A stretch of DNA of 64,000 nt from Candidatus Saccharimonadales bacterium (GCA_035479415.1 DATIIS010000051.1:19138-83137); one strand, 5' to 3'. Positions 7,744 to 16,634 are shown, counted from the first letter of the stretch. Translations and numbers: made by a program. The notes: generated from the letters alone by a model not told the origin.

Positions 7744-8082
7744 GTGATAATCACCAAAACTACTCCATATACAAAAGAAGAAATTGAAAAATTACAGGAA
7801 GTATTTGATACATATATAAAAACTGTTATTGATATAGAAAAGAAGATTTGCTCTGCAGGTTGTGATAGACACTATGAATCTGAAGAGGTATTATTAAAAA
7901 ATGGATCAAAGCAATCAGTTATCTGGGGAGGAGGAATAGATTTAGAAACCAAAGATATTGATTTCAATTCATTCATAAACATCCGACCAAACGATAACAA
8001 TAGCAGTAACGAAATACAAGATCAAGAAATAAGAAAGAAATATGAAGAGTTAACAAAATATTTTTTTAAACTAGTTTTATGA
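7744..8082 (+). CDS. small conserved hypothetical protein (IWGGGID motif; possibly DUF5674-like)
   Basis: 112 aa. GTG start 6 nt after TGCTATAAT (7732-7737). Its stop overlaps the next start (ATGA). The family assignment is recalled only. Confidence 0.5.
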   Translation: MIITKTTPYTKEEIEKLQEVFDTYIKTVIDIEKKICSAGCDRHYESEEVLLKNGSKQSVIWGGGIDLETKDIDFNSFINIRPNDNNSSNEIQDQEIRKKYEELTKYFFKLVL

Positions 8083-8354
8083 ATAATAAGATCATTTTAG
8101 AATCGCTATCAATGGATTTACTAAGAGTTGCCAAAGGACTATACAGAGGTTCAGATAGAATGGCTGAAAGATTTTTAGAGGAAGCATTATTGCGAAAAAA
8201 CGAACTAAAACAAAACGAATTAAAACCTTATTTTAAAAAAATATTAATTGCTATGGAAAAAGCATTGAAGAATACTGATAAAGCGAAAAAAGCGGAAGAT
8301 GCGCTTATGTATAGTACATTAATCCGCAATTATTCTCAAACATTTTGTGTGTAA
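8079..8354 (+). CDS. small helical hypothetical protein
   Basis: 91 aa, translationally coupled to the previous ORF. Its stop codon TAA is the first 3 nt of repeat copy c. Confidence 0.5.
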   Translation: MNNKIILESLSMDLLRVAKGLYRGSDRMAERFLEEALLRKNELKQNELKPYFKKILIAMEKALKNTDKAKKAEDALMYSTLIRNYSQTFCV

Positions 8355-8393
8355 AAGTTCCAAGATCGTACCTGAGGGCATCTTCGATTAAGG
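8352..8393 (+). repeat. intergenic repeat family copy c (TAAAAGTTCCAAGATCGTACCTGAGGGCATCTTCGATTAAGG)
   Basis: 19/19 identity with copy b. Stem AAGAT/ATCTT. The 3' tail TCGATTAAG is shared with the tRNA-half copy at 4393-4401. Confidence 0.7.
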
Positions 8394-8441
8394 CTTACAA
8401 GTCAAGTACATTAGTTTCACTTTTGCTTTGTTATCTTATCA

Positions 8442-9026
8442 TTAAATTTTTAAACAAAAGGCAAGTTGTGAAAGAGGAAAAAGAAAAACTGCTATTATTG
8501 AAATGCAATTTATACCCACAATAAGACAATATTTAAGTACTGTCGCTTCTTTCAAGAATCTCGATAAACCATATAGAGAAAGAGTCTGAAAGATAACACC
8601 GAAGATAAGTAATTTCAAAAAAAAGGCTATACTTGGTTGGAAAACCATTTCCGTAAATGGGACAGCAATGCTCAGAGCAACAAGACTTATTGCTAATTTA
8701 TTATGTAAATCTTTGGTAAAAAAATACCATACTCCTAGCATCACTCCAAATGCACCGATTATGCCGATGAAGTTACTTAAGAATTGGATATCCCAATATC
8801 CAAGTACTGTTTGTGCACTTCCCCAGAAAAAATATAAGACTTTGTTATGGAGTATATGTGTGAGCAAATGCGGCATACCTTTATCATTGTTTATTGCATC
8901 AACTACTCGAGCTGTTAGTATCTTGGGAGTGTAGTATAAGAAACTCTTAAATAGCCAACAAGAGAACCAGCGTTTAAATGCAAGTAATTCAATGATCCAT
9001 GTTATAAGGATTAATAAGAATTTCAT
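8442..9026 (-). CDS. polytopic membrane protein, unknown function
   Basis: 194 aa, about 5-6 TM. Its start overlaps the stop of the upstream GT-C gene (ATGA), suggesting one operon. Confidence 0.55.
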   Translation of the reverse strand: MKFLLILITWIIELLAFKRWFSCWLFKSFLYYTPKILTARVVDAINNDKGMPHLLTHILHNKVLYFFWGSAQTVLGYWDIQFLSNFIGIIGAFGVMLGVWYFFTKDLHNKLAISLVALSIAVPFTEMVFQPSIAFFLKLLIFGVIFQTLSLYGLSRFLKEATVLKYCLIVGINCISIIAVFLFPLSQLAFCLKI

Positions 9027-10573
9027 AATTTTATGAATTGCGCAAAAATATCATGATTTATGTTTGGTAAGTATACGTTATACATCAGATGATCGGGATG
9101 TTTATTTCCATAAAAAGGTCTGACATAGAGAACTGGTTTATTTTTCCAAGATGAAGGCTCGCGCCAATCAGGATCAGCATAGACAATATGAGTTGTTGGG
9201 ATATAAAACATGAAATATTCTGGAATACAATCGATATTGCGATCAACAACAATATGATTATAACGATTGGATTCTTTCTGGATGTCATAGACAACTTCTT
9301 TACATTCTCCTCCCCAATCAATTAATGCAGTTTTTGGATAATGTATAAAATAGTAATCAACAAAATAGCAAAATTCAGCTAGTACAAAAAAAATTGTTAG
9401 CCCAATAATAAATTTCTTCCATGGCTTTTTCAGCGTAAATATATAATATAAGCCAAATGAAGTAAGTATGCTAAATGGAATACTACTCAGCAAAAATCTC
9501 AATGTATGGGGACTTGGAACTGCAAACGCAGCAGGAATCGGCGCTATAAATAATAGTATAAAGATACTAAAGCGAAGAAAATTACTTTGTATTTTTTTAA
9601 TAACAAAATATATACCCGCAAAGATAAAAGGAAGCTGCCAAAGATAAAGTAAGCCAAAGTTAGCAATTTGATGTCTATTAATCTGATCTCCTGTATAAAA
9701 AAGATAAGATAAAGAAAAAAAAGAGAGATAGTTAGTAATAAAAATTATCCCATCTGCTAGATTATTTTCTGTACCTTGAGGATAGGGATTACTAACAAAA
9801 GCTGAGGTTTGTTGTAGTCGGGTCTGCCCTACTGGTGTAAGTGAATATGAAATTATTGGATAAGCAAGAATATAAAATAATACAAATGCAAGAATCATAT
9901 TTTTCATATATTTTTTATTTTTTATCGAGTACAGAAGTTCAATAAAGACAGTTAATGGAGATAAGAGCCGGTACGTATGGTATGTATACATAGTAAGTGC
10001 AAAAGTCATTACTGCAAAAAGCGCATACTGTAATTTATTTTTTTTAAAAAAGATAAGACTCAAAAGTAATCCTATGCTGTAGAAAAACAAGGCGACAGTT
10101 ACCTCAAATCCACCACGGGAAAATTGTATATGCCAAGGTAAGATGGCGAGTATCCCAGCTGAAAGAAGTGCCAAAATTGAGGCGTGTTTTTTCATTTTTT
10201 TGTCATTCTCTATCAGTTCTTTAGTGAGAAAGAAAACAACAATAATCGTAAGCGTGCCAGCAAGTGCTGAAGGGAAACGGATTGCAAATTCAGTTTTGCC
10301 AAACAACGACATCGAAAGCGAAGCTAAGTAGATATAAACAGGCATTTTATAGTCACCAAGGGATTTAAAGGTTAAAGGATAAGAGTAGCCATACTGATCT
10401 TTGCCAGTATGGAGAATATCATAAGCATTAAGACCTATTGAAATTTCATCAATGTACAGCCCTGGTGGATCAGTGGTAATAGCTGAAAAACGTAATAAAC
10501 CGCCAATGATAACAATTATTGTAAGGAATACAATAATTCTTACTTTAGTAAGCAAAAATGGTTTTATACGCAT
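9023..10573 (-). CDS. GT-C fold glycosyltransferase (family 39 / ArnT-PMT-like)
   Basis: 516 aa, at least 11 TM. The first extracytoplasmic loop, YIDEISIGLNAYDILHTGKD, carries the DE motif. Confidence 0.75.
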   Translation of the reverse strand: MRIKPFLLTKVRIIVFLTIIVIIGGLLRFSAITTDPPGLYIDEISIGLNAYDILHTGKDQYGYSYPLTFKSLGDYKMPVYIYLASLSMSLFGKTEFAIRFPSALAGTLTIIVVFFLTKELIENDKKMKKHASILALLSAGILAILPWHIQFSRGGFEVTVALFFYSIGLLLSLIFFKKNKLQYALFAVMTFALTMYTYHTYRLLSPLTVFIELLYSIKNKKYMKNMILAFVLFYILAYPIISYSLTPVGQTRLQQTSAFVSNPYPQGTENNLADGIIFITNYLSFFSLSYLFYTGDQINRHQIANFGLLYLWQLPFIFAGIYFVIKKIQSNFLRFSIFILLFIAPIPAAFAVPSPHTLRFLLSSIPFSILTSFGLYYIFTLKKPWKKFIIGLTIFFVLAEFCYFVDYYFIHYPKTALIDWGGECKEVVYDIQKESNRYNHIVVDRNIDCIPEYFMFYIPTTHIVYADPDWREPSSWKNKPVLYVRPFYGNKHPDHLMYNVYLPNINHDIFAQFIKL

Positions 10574-10724
10574 ACATGTCTAAATTATATAACAGAATGT
10601 TATATTATGTCGTGATAAAAATCATTTATTTAAATATATCTAATTCAGGTAAAGGCCATACCACAAGCAAAGAGTTAAAGATCCTAATGATACTCGATAG
10701 CTGATAAATCTTTATCCTTAAAAT

Positions 10725-10955
10725 TTATTTTTCTTTAGGTGGAAGTGGACCAGAAGCATTTCCATTATTGGCATAGCGCTCAAGTTTACGAACTCCTTTT
10801 TTTGCACGAGCTCTTAGAAGCGTTTCTCTTGCAGAGACTCTCAAAATATCCTCTTTAGGTGTATCAAATCCTACTTTTCTAAGTACACTACGATGTAGTC
10901 TTTCTTTACTTATTCTTTGTTTTTCTGGTGGTGGGGAGCCCTCCATGTCTTCCAT
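10725..10955 (-). CDS. small basic hypothetical protein
   Basis: 76-aa ORF, Lys/Arg-rich. No motif recognised, so coding status is uncertain. Confidence 0.3.
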   Translation of the reverse strand: MEDMEGSPPPEKQRISKERLHRSVLRKVGFDTPKEDILRVSARETLLRARAKKGVRKLERYANNGNASGPLPPKEK

Positions 10956-11237
10956 ATATTCAAGATACTCTATCTATGGACAGAATACAATATTGCGATA
11001 TGTTTAACTAGAATAAAGCGTACTATACAAAATACTCAAATATTTTGTTATTGCCTTATTGATGACTTGATTGCTACTTTTTTGTATAACTACTGTTGGG
11101 TATGGTATAGATTTTCTAGATGATCTTCCGTACATCCCGATCCAACAGATATCGTTCTTATTATTAGTTTTCTCCATTAAAGATTTTGTAGTACCAGATA
11201 TAACTTTTAGTCCCTCATCTGTTATACTTTTTTCATA

Positions 11238-11702
11238 ATGAAGAAGCAGTTATTAGTTTCATTTATTCTCTTCGCGTATAGTGTAATTCTTGTTACGGTA
11301 ATGGTGTTTAGACATGTGCCGCTTATCAGAATAGGTCATTTGATATTTAATTTTGGAGGAACTGACGCAAATGGGCAGGCCAACGTTATTCCCTTTAAGA
11401 CTATTTTGCCATATTTGCTTGGAAAGAGTGGGTTGATTATCGGAGGTATCAATCTTATCGGAAATATTATTCCACTTGTACCAATTGGATTTCTCGTTCC
11501 GTTCATCTATCAGAACATGACGTGGAAAAAATCAGTGATTCTATCATTTGGTTGTGGATTTGTCATTGAAGGAATGCAAGTAATATTACATACGGGTATA
11601 TTCGATATTGATGATGTAATTCTGAATGGATTTGGCGTTATAATTGGTTATTGGATATTTACAAGAATAGCAAAGAAGAAGAAACTTCAAGCTTCACTAT
11701 GA
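11238..11702 (+). CDS. VanZ family membrane protein
   Basis: 154 aa, 4 TM. NVIPFKT, NLIGNIIPLVPIGFLVP, IEGMQ and DIDDVILNGFG are present. Confidence 0.7.
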   Translation: MKKQLLVSFILFAYSVILVTVMVFRHVPLIRIGHLIFNFGGTDANGQANVIPFKTILPYLLGKSGLIIGGINLIGNIIPLVPIGFLVPFIYQNMTWKKSVILSFGCGFVIEGMQVILHTGIFDIDDVILNGFGVIIGYWIFTRIAKKKKLQASL

Positions 11703-11748
11703 CTCTTACATATATTTTAAGCAATTTTGTTAAAATAATTTTACTTAC

Positions 11749-12354
11749 ATGAGAAAAATTATCACAACGACATTTGTTACCCTTGATGGTGTCATGCAGG
11801 CTCCAGGCGGACCGGAAGAAGATACATCAAATGGATTTAAATATGGAGGTTGGCAATTTGCCTGGGATGAAGCAGATAAAAAAGCAGACGACATACTGAA
11901 CACATTTATGTCTACTCAGTATGATCTCCTTCTTGGACATCTTACGTATGATATTTGGTGCGGTTTCTGGCCAGATCACAAAGACGTGCCGATTTTTGGA
12001 AAAGCTTTCGATATTGCTACAAAATATGTTGTCGCACATACATCTATCGAACTTCCTTGGAATAAGTCTGTCCTTATCACCGGTGATGTGGTGAAAGAAA
12101 TAAAAAAGCTCAAACATTCTGATGGTCCAGATCTCTGCGTGTGGGGTAGCAGCAATCTTATCCAAACACTCCTCAAAAACAATTTAATAGACAGAATGCA
12201 TATCTGGACATATCCGATAACGTTGGGTACCGGCAAAAAATTATTTGCAGAAGGCACAATGCCTGAACGTTTCAAGCCAATTGACACACAAATTACAACA
12301 AGTGGCGTAATAGTCGCAACCTATGAGCCATCAAAGCCACTCAAAAAAAGATAA
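11749..12354 (+). CDS. dihydrofolate reductase-like (RibD C-terminal domain) family protein
   Basis: 201 aa. The N-terminus is MRKIITTTFVTLDGVMQAPGGPEED, followed by GGW and WGSSNLIQTLLKNNLIDRMHIW. Confidence 0.75.
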   Translation: MRKIITTTFVTLDGVMQAPGGPEEDTSNGFKYGGWQFAWDEADKKADDILNTFMSTQYDLLLGHLTYDIWCGFWPDHKDVPIFGKAFDIATKYVVAHTSIELPWNKSVLITGDVVKEIKKLKHSDGPDLCVWGSSNLIQTLLKNNLIDRMHIWTYPITLGTGKKLFAEGTMPERFKPIDTQITTSGVIVATYEPSKPLKKR

Positions 12355-12393
12355 TTGATTGACCTTTTGGTAAAGAAGAGTTAAAGTATGGGT

Positions 12394-12792
12394 ATGACAA
12401 AGAAAAAGAAAAAAGTAACTGGAATAGGTGGTATCTTCTTTACCTGTGATGATCCCAAGAAGATGAATGCTTGGTATAAAAAACATCTCGGCATCCCCAC
12501 CTCTGAATGGGGAGCTATGTTTGAGTGGCGTGAGAAAGATAATCCTGAAAAAGACGGCTACACAGTTTGGAGTGTTTTCCCATGTGATAGTAAAGATTTT
12601 GATAGCAAAGTTTACGGTAAGAAGGATTTTAGAATCAATTATCGCGTAGAAAATATAGAAGAATTGGTTAAAGAATTAAAGAAAGACGGCATTACTGTCA
12701 CAGATGAAATTACAGATTCTGAATACGGTAAATTCGTCCATGTTCTCGATCCTGAAGGTAATAGTATAGAATTATTTGAACCGGCTGCTTAA
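12394..12792 (+). CDS. VOC (glyoxalase/bleomycin resistance) family protein
   Basis: GIGGIFF..DP and VLDPEGNSIELFEP fit the family. A TTGACC-17-TAAAGT promoter puts ATG 12394 6 nt after the -10, so ATG 12388 would lie at or before the transcription start. Confidence 0.65.
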   Translation: MTKKKKKVTGIGGIFFTCDDPKKMNAWYKKHLGIPTSEWGAMFEWREKDNPEKDGYTVWSVFPCDSKDFDSKVYGKKDFRINYRVENIEELVKELKKDGITVTDEITDSEYGKFVHVLDPEGNSIELFEPAA

Positions 12793-12819
12793 ATAAATTA
12801 TTACCATACTTAAATAAAC

Positions 12820-13671
12820 ATGGATTCAGATATTCAAAAAGAACAAAACGAAATTATCACCCCACCAACAGAACCATTAGTTTCACAAAAAGTAACTCCT
12901 AAATTCCCAAAACGTTTAGTAATATGTGTATTTTTAGTAGTAATCGTTATTCTAGGGCTAATTAGTGAAGTATCTTATTCCCAGATTCAAAAGAACAAAA
13001 CTGTACCCAGAAATAAAACAGCTCTTGTAGCAATGCCTTCAAAAATTCCAACTCCGGCTCTATCTCCTACAAAGTTTTCTACTCCAATTTCTGTTACTCC
13101 CACAGTTTGGAAGACATATACTTCAAAAACTGAAAAGGCGAGCTTCAAATATCCTTCGGATTGGAAAGTAATCAAACCAATAACGGATCCACCGACATCA
13201 GATGCAGACGAAATAGGATTACAAAGTCCAGATGGAGAAATACGTGTTAGTTGGGTTTCATCCTTGAGTGGATTTGGTGGAGCATGTGATCCGTCAATAC
13301 CTCTTGGAGCAGTTGGTAGCTGTTTTATGGTCTATGTTCTCGATAAAACGCCAATTAAAAATGCATCTAATCTTTTAGTTGTTTCAGATATTGTAACGAA
13401 AGATGGAAAAATATATGAACCAGTTCTTGCTGTACAAGACGCAGATTCGAGTGATCTGACGCAAACGGGAAAAACAATGGGTTATGCTATGTATAATGGA
13501 AGAAATAATGGCAAATTACCTTATAATAATGGAACTAATGCACTTGTTTTGTTTTCAACAGGAGGACCCTATGCAAGTGGTCCATCGTTAACTCAAGCAG
13601 AAGCAAAAATGTGGTTTAGCAGATCTGACGTAGGGCAAGCAAAACAGATTCTTCTGAGTCTTACTTACTAG
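12820..13671 (+). CDS. N-terminally anchored exported protein, unknown function
   Basis: 283 aa with a cytoplasmic tail, a single TM, and a Ser/Thr/Pro linker. An FKYPSDWKV beta-rich domain follows. Confidence 0.5.
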   Translation: MDSDIQKEQNEIITPPTEPLVSQKVTPKFPKRLVICVFLVVIVILGLISEVSYSQIQKNKTVPRNKTALVAMPSKIPTPALSPTKFSTPISVTPTVWKTYTSKTEKASFKYPSDWKVIKPITDPPTSDADEIGLQSPDGEIRVSWVSSLSGFGGACDPSIPLGAVGSCFMVYVLDKTPIKNASNLLVVSDIVTKDGKIYEPVLAVQDADSSDLTQTGKTMGYAMYNGRNNGKLPYNNGTNALVLFSTGGPYASGPSLTQAEAKMWFSRSDVGQAKQILLSLTY

Positions 13672-14068
13672 TTTTCGTTTTATTTTTATCTCCATGGTTG
13701 AGCTCTGTTGCAGCCTGGATGAGATCTTTGAATGCAGCTTCATCGATAGTATCTTCTTCATGGATAATGATGGCTCGGTGCGCATTAAAAAGTCCTTTCG
13801 GGTCGTCAAGAGACGCTCCTTTTGGGAAAGATATCCGTAAATGGTTTTTATAAAATTCTCCGATACAGATTATCCCATCATGGGACCATACAGGAACTCC
13901 ATCAGGATTTGTGGCTTTTTTCCATTTCACTTCTTCGATTATTTCAGGATCAGTATCTTTGATGAGTGAGCGAATTTGAGCCAATCTCTGTCCTCGCCAA
14001 TCCCCTAACTTCATAATGATGGCGGTTATTTCTTCTGATTGTGTCTCCTCTGCGGATGTAGCCTTCAT
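13661..14068 (-). CDS. DUF1801 domain protein
   Basis: 135 aa. WRGQRLAQIRSLIKDTDPEIIEEVKW..VPVWSHDGIICIGEFYKNHLRISF fits DUF1801. It overlaps the convergent upstream gene by 11 nt. Confidence 0.6.
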   Translation of the reverse strand: MKATSAEETQSEEITAIIMKLGDWRGQRLAQIRSLIKDTDPEIIEEVKWKKATNPDGVPVWSHDGIICIGEFYKNHLRISFPKGASLDDPKGLFNAHRAIIIHEEDTIDEAAFKDLIQAATELNHGDKNKTKTSK

Positions 14069-14230
14069 ATCTTACAATCTAACATATTTCTAATTAATTT
14101 CCAATCCATTTTGTTGATATAGTAATTTTTGTGTTATAATATGTTACTTATTTTTTCAAATTATGCCACCTGCAATTGAAGCATTTGCACAAAGACCACC
14201 TGTTATAGCTACAAAAAGTAGACCAAAAGT

Positions 14231-14266
14231 CCAAGCGTTCAAGATTTATATGCCTCAGAACGTTGG
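14231..14266 (+). other. 9-bp bulged hairpin just downstream of an A_AAA_G run in the 5' region of the 14381 ORF
   Basis: CCAA(G)CGTTC, a 17-nt loop, then GAACGTTGG. The frame of the long ORF is open from 14222, but the only upstream ATG (14163) is in the +1-offset frame. Confidence 0.4.
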
Positions 14267-14380
14267 TCTCCCTCACAATCCTTAAGAGAAATTCCAGCAC
14301 CATCAGGGATAGATAATCAGCCTTTCGGACGATTATATACAGTAAAAGGCTTAAAGAATCGATTAAATGGAGCGAGTGAA

Positions 14381-15466
14381 GTGGTTAGGAGAGAACATCC
14401 TAATGCAGCTGTTTTTGCCGGAGAAAATGGCGCATTGCCAATTGTGTCAACGGTATATGACGTAGGTGCTTTGGGAGTTCAAGTTCTTGGTGATGAACCC
14501 GAAATTTCTGTGGCATATACAGGTACGAGTATGATTCCCGCTTGGTGGCAAGAGTGGATACGTGCAGAGCCAGGGAGAGAATATGGAACATTGATACAGA
14601 AGCTTGCGGAACAACAACTTGGTCTTGATCCTGAAACTGTAGACAAAGATCCCATGGGTTTCCGATCGAGGTGGAAACTTCCAGAATTTGACCGAAAAAA
14701 GCTATATACACATACTTTCCGTGCTTGCGTTGCGCCCATTGTTAATAGTGAATTATATGAAACACCTCTTGAAGATCTCTCCCCAGAAGAGATTAGAAGA
14801 AGGCTTGGGGATGTTCGTGAATATGTGGCGGATCAGCAGCGAGTACCCACAACACCTGTGGACCGATCACGATTTCTCTTTGTAACTGGTTCAGATAATG
14901 CTGCTAAGTTCGCTGGTACTCAACGAGCTTTAGAGATACTTCAAGAGAGAGATATTATTGGACGCATCGCTCATACTCAAATGTTTGTAAATCAACCTGA
15001 GCGTGGTTTTCAACTTGCTGCTACACCAGTCTCCTTGGGAAGAGATGCAGATCAGCCTCGAACTCCCGAAATTATTGTTGCCAATGCAATACAACGTGCT
15101 GAGCAGGCATTAGATCTCCATCCGAATGCACTTGTTAGTATAGGAGAACAAGGTGGAATTATAGAAATAGGAGATAAATTTTTTGAAGTACATTATGTTC
15201 ATGCCATAAATGGTTTGGGATTATCAGGTGGAGAATGGACGGTCTCTTTCCCGTTGCCGGAATGGTTTGTACATCAAGTAGATGAATATGGGACGCAAGC
15301 ATCTCATCTAGCCATGGTATATGGCGGAATGAGAAGTGATCCAATTAGTTTGTTTTCTCAAGGATTACATTATGACCGTCCACAAACAATAGAACTTGCC
15401 ACGTTGGGAGCTTTGTTGCCTCATGCGTATCCAGAAACTCACACTCCCTACCCTCTGGCGGCCTAA
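14381..15466 (+). CDS. two-domain protein: unknown N-domain fused to an inosine/xanthosine triphosphatase-like (DUF84/YjjX-type) domain; true start probably upstream
   Basis: The C-terminal ~195 aa align by eye to the YjjX/Mj0226 pattern: FLFVTGSDNAAKFAGTQRAL, QPRTPEIIVANAIQRAEQAL, ALVSIGEQGGIIE, WTVSFPLPEWFV, ISLFSQGLHYDRPQTIELATLGAL. The GTG 14381 start is arbitrary because the frame is open back to 14222. Confidence 0.5.
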   Translation: MVRREHPNAAVFAGENGALPIVSTVYDVGALGVQVLGDEPEISVAYTGTSMIPAWWQEWIRAEPGREYGTLIQKLAEQQLGLDPETVDKDPMGFRSRWKLPEFDRKKLYTHTFRACVAPIVNSELYETPLEDLSPEEIRRRLGDVREYVADQQRVPTTPVDRSRFLFVTGSDNAAKFAGTQRALEILQERDIIGRIAHTQMFVNQPERGFQLAATPVSLGRDADQPRTPEIIVANAIQRAEQALDLHPNALVSIGEQGGIIEIGDKFFEVHYVHAINGLGLSGGEWTVSFPLPEWFVHQVDEYGTQASHLAMVYGGMRSDPISLFSQGLHYDRPQTIELATLGALLPHAYPETHTPYPLAA

Positions 15467-16242
15467 GTTTGTTTAACCTTCTTTCGCAGAATGAAGGTGC
15501 CGATGACATGATAGACGATATCTGCTGAGTAATGTGCTACTATCGCCGCTTCTATCCCATTATTCCAAAAAAGCCAACCACAGATGAGCCCGATTGGGAT
15601 ATTAAGGAGAAGTGATCGAAAAAGCATAATGCGAGATATCTCCCCTATCGTGGTTTTAAGAGTTGGCAAATGTCCTATTGCAAATAAGATTGCTATAACA
15701 ATATTTGCCGTCCAAAAGACTTCTATGGGTGAATGCCAAATTTTGGAAAGCAGCCACACCACAAGTGATAATCCACAAAGACGCATAAAAATTTCCTCAT
15801 TAATGCCTCCATACAATGAAGCGGTCATATTTTCCCAGAAGGTCGTTTGTAGCGCTGTGTCGAGCAATTTTTTGGGAAAGTATGGTACAAAAAAGAGATC
15901 TGCAATCAATAAAAAACTGCCTCCTAGTGCCCCAAGTACAAAACCTATGAGGAGCGCTGAAGTAGCCGCTTGAGTCCATCCTTCTTCCTTTCTTAAAGCA
16001 TCAATCAATGGAGCGCCATGTCCCATCTGATGAGAAAGAATTAAGCCCACGCTTATTGCTATAGCAAATAGAACAGCATTTTGAAGAATTGATAGCAAAG
16101 AAATCATCCACAGAGGCAACTTAAGCTTCTTGCCCTTCGGAGAAGCTTTGAGAAGCCGCATACTATATGGGATGATCGCAATACTGCCCACAAGTGCAGC
16201 GAGCAAAAGAATAGTAAAGTCAAACCAAAAACCAGTGAACAT
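15463..16242 (-). CDS. CPBP family intramembrane glutamic endopeptidase (CAAX protease/Abi-like)
   Basis: 259 aa, polytopic. The EExxxR motif (GINEEIFMR), FxxxH (FAIGH) and a distal His (AHYSAD) are present. Confidence 0.75.
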   Translation of the reverse strand: MFTGFWFDFTILLLAALVGSIAIIPYSMRLLKASPKGKKLKLPLWMISLLSILQNAVLFAIAISVGLILSHQMGHGAPLIDALRKEEGWTQAATSALLIGFVLGALGGSFLLIADLFFVPYFPKKLLDTALQTTFWENMTASLYGGINEEIFMRLCGLSLVVWLLSKIWHSPIEVFWTANIVIAILFAIGHLPTLKTTIGEISRIMLFRSLLLNIPIGLICGWLFWNNGIEAAIVAHYSADIVYHVIGTFILRKKVKQT

Positions 16243-16266
16243 ATATCTATTATAAAGAGACTAACG

Positions 16267-16300
16267 AAAAGTTCCAAGTTTGTATTTGTTTGGGCATTAC
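16267..16300 (+). repeat. intergenic repeat family copy d (AAAAGTTCCAAGTTTGTATTTGTTTGGGCATTAC)
   Basis: Shares AAAAGTTCCAAG and the ..GGGCA.. core with copies a-c. Same strand. Confidence 0.5.
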
Positions 16301-16337
16301 TATAATTGAGATACAGTGAATTTGTTATAATACTTTT

Positions 16338-16607
16338 ATGCCTAGTATAGAAGAACTTGAAGAGAGAATACGTATTATTGAAAAGCGAAACAAAAGCGTT
16401 GAACTTAATAAAACGTGGGAAACAAGTTATACACGAAGAGGTTTACTTATTCTTTTTACTTATCTTGCAATAGCTCTCTATTTAAAATTTATTGTTGGTA
16501 TAAATCCTTGGATAAATGCGGTTGTCCCTACAATTGGTTTTTTACTCTCAACCTTAACACTCCCCTTCTTCAAAAAAATGTGGGCGAAATATCTTTATAA
16601 AAAATAG
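16338..16607 (+). CDS. small two-TM membrane protein
   Basis: 89 aa. ATG lies 6 nt after TGTTATAAT (16326-16331). Confidence 0.45.
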   Translation: MPSIEELEERIRIIEKRNKSVELNKTWETSYTRRGLLILFTYLAIALYLKFIVGINPWINAVVPTIGFLLSTLTLPFFKKMWAKYLYKK

Positions 16608-16634
16608 CAGCAAGGATAGAAGAGGGATTTATGT

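Noticed and set aside
10917-11123. 68-aa + strand ORF and possible ncRNA in the 280-nt gap 10956-11237.
   Set aside because: The ORF has a Trp/Cys/Tyr-rich improbable composition and no promoter-start spacing like the real genes. I found only weak, short palindromes and no convincing structure.
6361-16300. The short intergenic repeats as a CRISPR array.
   Set aside because: Copies are 0.7-8 kb apart, diverged, separated by genes rather than uniform spacers, and no cas genes are present.
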